The notes under the pieces are model-generated. The model was not told the DNA's origin and did not search any database. It saw only the letters and a program-made list of their open reading frames with translations. Made by a program: the position numbers and the translations under genes. Positions 22,944 through 24,000 of a DNA stretch of 24,000 nucleotides are shown one piece after another. The stretch comes from an uncultured archaeon (GTDB lineage: Archaea; Thermoproteota; Nitrososphaeria_A; Caldarchaeales; Wolframiiraptoraceae). Numbering within the stretch: position 1 is the first letter of the stretch; each line of letters starts with the position of its first letter. Location of the stretch: the NCBI GenBank assembly GCA_937974645.1, contig CALJVH010000013.1, forward strand, positions 1 to 24,000, read 5' to 3'.

Positions 22944-24000
22944 TTAAAATGGTCTCCAGAGAACTTCTCCCCGCTCAAAAAGTCTCGGGAGTAGATTCAC
23001 TTCTTCTATTATCGCGTCGGCGCCTCTTTTGATGAAGATCTCTAGGGCGTGGGGGTTCGTGAGAACCCCGGTAAAGACCGCGTCTAAACCGTTTCCCCTA
23101 GCATTCTCGACGAGTAACAGATCTTCAAGCGAATTTCCTACGTACATGACCTTCTCAGCGCCCAGCCGTTTAGAGCACTCGATTAATATTCTTGGATCCG
23201 GCTTCTCATATCTGCTTGGAAGATCCGCTGAGAAGACGCTCGCTTCCAAGGTGAAATATTCCAAGAGAGCGCCAAGAGACTTTTCCGTCTCCCATCTCCC
23301 TCTACCAGTAGCTATTGCAAGTCCCTTTGGGGCACTCTCCCTAACGGCTTCTAGCACATCCCCCTCGATCAGCAACTTCTCTCCATCAAGTAGCCCCCTC
23401 CATGAAATGTATCGCGGCTCCACGCCATACTTCTCTCTAACTCCCTCCTCTCCCAAGAAAACCTCCTCGTAGAGCATTGTCAATAGCCCAGACCTATAGC
23501 TGGATAGGGGGCCTAGAAGGGATCGCAGATCACGGATCTGAGTTATCCTGCCCAGCCTCTCGGCCTCAGCGTCAACAATTCCTTCAAACTCTTTTAATGA
23601 CATGAAGCCACCATAAGCTTGGGAGACTTTCTCGGAAAGCCATTTCACGCCCACCTTGATGTAATCAGGTGAGCTCTCCTCCACCGAGCACCTTCTCAGG
23701 TAATCTTCAATATTGTTTATCCTAGGAATGCTGTTAGCGATCTTCTCGGGAGGCTTATCCGCTTTCAGGACTATTGCTTGGATGAGGAGGCTCGTCTTAT
23801 CCCAGTCATTATTAAATCCGCCAAGGATCTCAAGCCCTGCCAGAAGATCATTTACATCTTCTCCGAGGGAGCCTCTAAGCCCATATAGCATCTCGAGAAT
23901 TATGCAGGCCACCATCCTGTCGGCCACATAATAGGATCCCGTAGAGTCCACTAGCGTTCCATCGCAGTCGAAGATTACGGCCTCAACCTCTTGCAGCTTG
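22944..24000 (-). CDS. HAD-superfamily hydrolase with a large cap insertion, N-terminus beyond the right edge of the window
   Basis: The frame is open to base 23999 and reads KLQEVEAVIFDCDGTLVDSTGS. It therefore contains HAD motif I (DxDGT) upstream of the track's GTG start at 23951. Later motifs are GGFNNDWDKT, IATGRGR and YVGNSLEDL. Confidence 0.8.
   Translation of the reverse strand, partial: KLQEVEAVIFDCDGTLVDSTGSYYVADRMVACIILEMLYGLRGSLGEDVNDLLAGLEILGGFNNDWDKTSLLIQAIVLKADKPPEKIANSIPRINNIEDYLRRCSVEESSPDYIKVGVKWLSEKVSQAYGGFMSLKEFEGIVDAEAERLGRITQIRDLRSLLGPLSSYRSGLLTMLYEEVFLGEEGVREKYGVEPRYISWRGLLDGEKLLIEGDVLEAVRESAPKGLAIATGRGRWETEKSLGALLEYFTLEASVFSADLPSRYEKPDPRILIECSKRLGAEKVMYVGNSLEDLLLVENARGNGLDAVFTGVLTNPHALEIFIKRGADAIIEEVNLLPRLFERGEVLWRPF

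Noticed and set aside
1-24000. CRISPR arrays, transposases or IS elements, integrases, toxin-antitoxin pairs, rRNA genes
   Set aside because: I looked for regularly spaced direct repeats, terminal inverted repeats flanking ORFs, DDE/tyrosine/serine recombinase motifs, and small paired ORFs. I found none. The only tandem repeat is the in-frame 3 x 21 bp unit at 17025-17087.

Overview
This is an archaeal chromosomal segment of roughly 50% GC by eye. The archaeal assignment rests on a tRNA gene with bulge-helix-bulge (BHB) type introns, aIF5A, PurP, archaemetzincin and Nob1. TATA-like boxes sit about 24-29 nt upstream of many start codons, which suggests mostly leaderless mRNAs. The lineage looks like a thermophilic TACK, Thermoproteota-like or Korarchaeota-like archaeon, but that is inference only. 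Most genes are housekeeping: an Obg-like GTPase, nadK, nob1, amzA, two tandem purP paralogs, a frameshifted pdxS, dph6-like, aIF5A, glnA, an MFS transporter, a B3/4-domain protein, QueT-like, an aldo-keto reductase, MarC and a HAD hydrolase. Three parts stand out. (1) At 1.4-4.5 kb there is a translationally coupled operon. It encodes a 585-aa hinge-less, cysteine-free SMC-family ATPase with Smc5/6-like head motifs, a ScpA/kleisin-like protein and a ScpB/kite-like tandem winged-helix protein. (2) At 12.8-17.2 kb there is an accessory-looking patch. It holds an SPPY DNA methyltransferase translationally coupled to an unrecognisable 363-aa partner, a 136-nt tRNA-Gln(CUG) gene that appears to need three introns removed, a decayed LAGLIDADG homing-endonuclease gene, and an acylphosphatase-like gene with an in-frame TAG at the conserved catalytic Gln. 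(3) At 21.7-22.9 kb a PqqD/RRE-like gene follows three small unrecognisable genes, with no maturation enzyme in sight. No CRISPR array, integrase or transposase was seen. All functional calls come from motif recognition by eye and need profile or structure searches.
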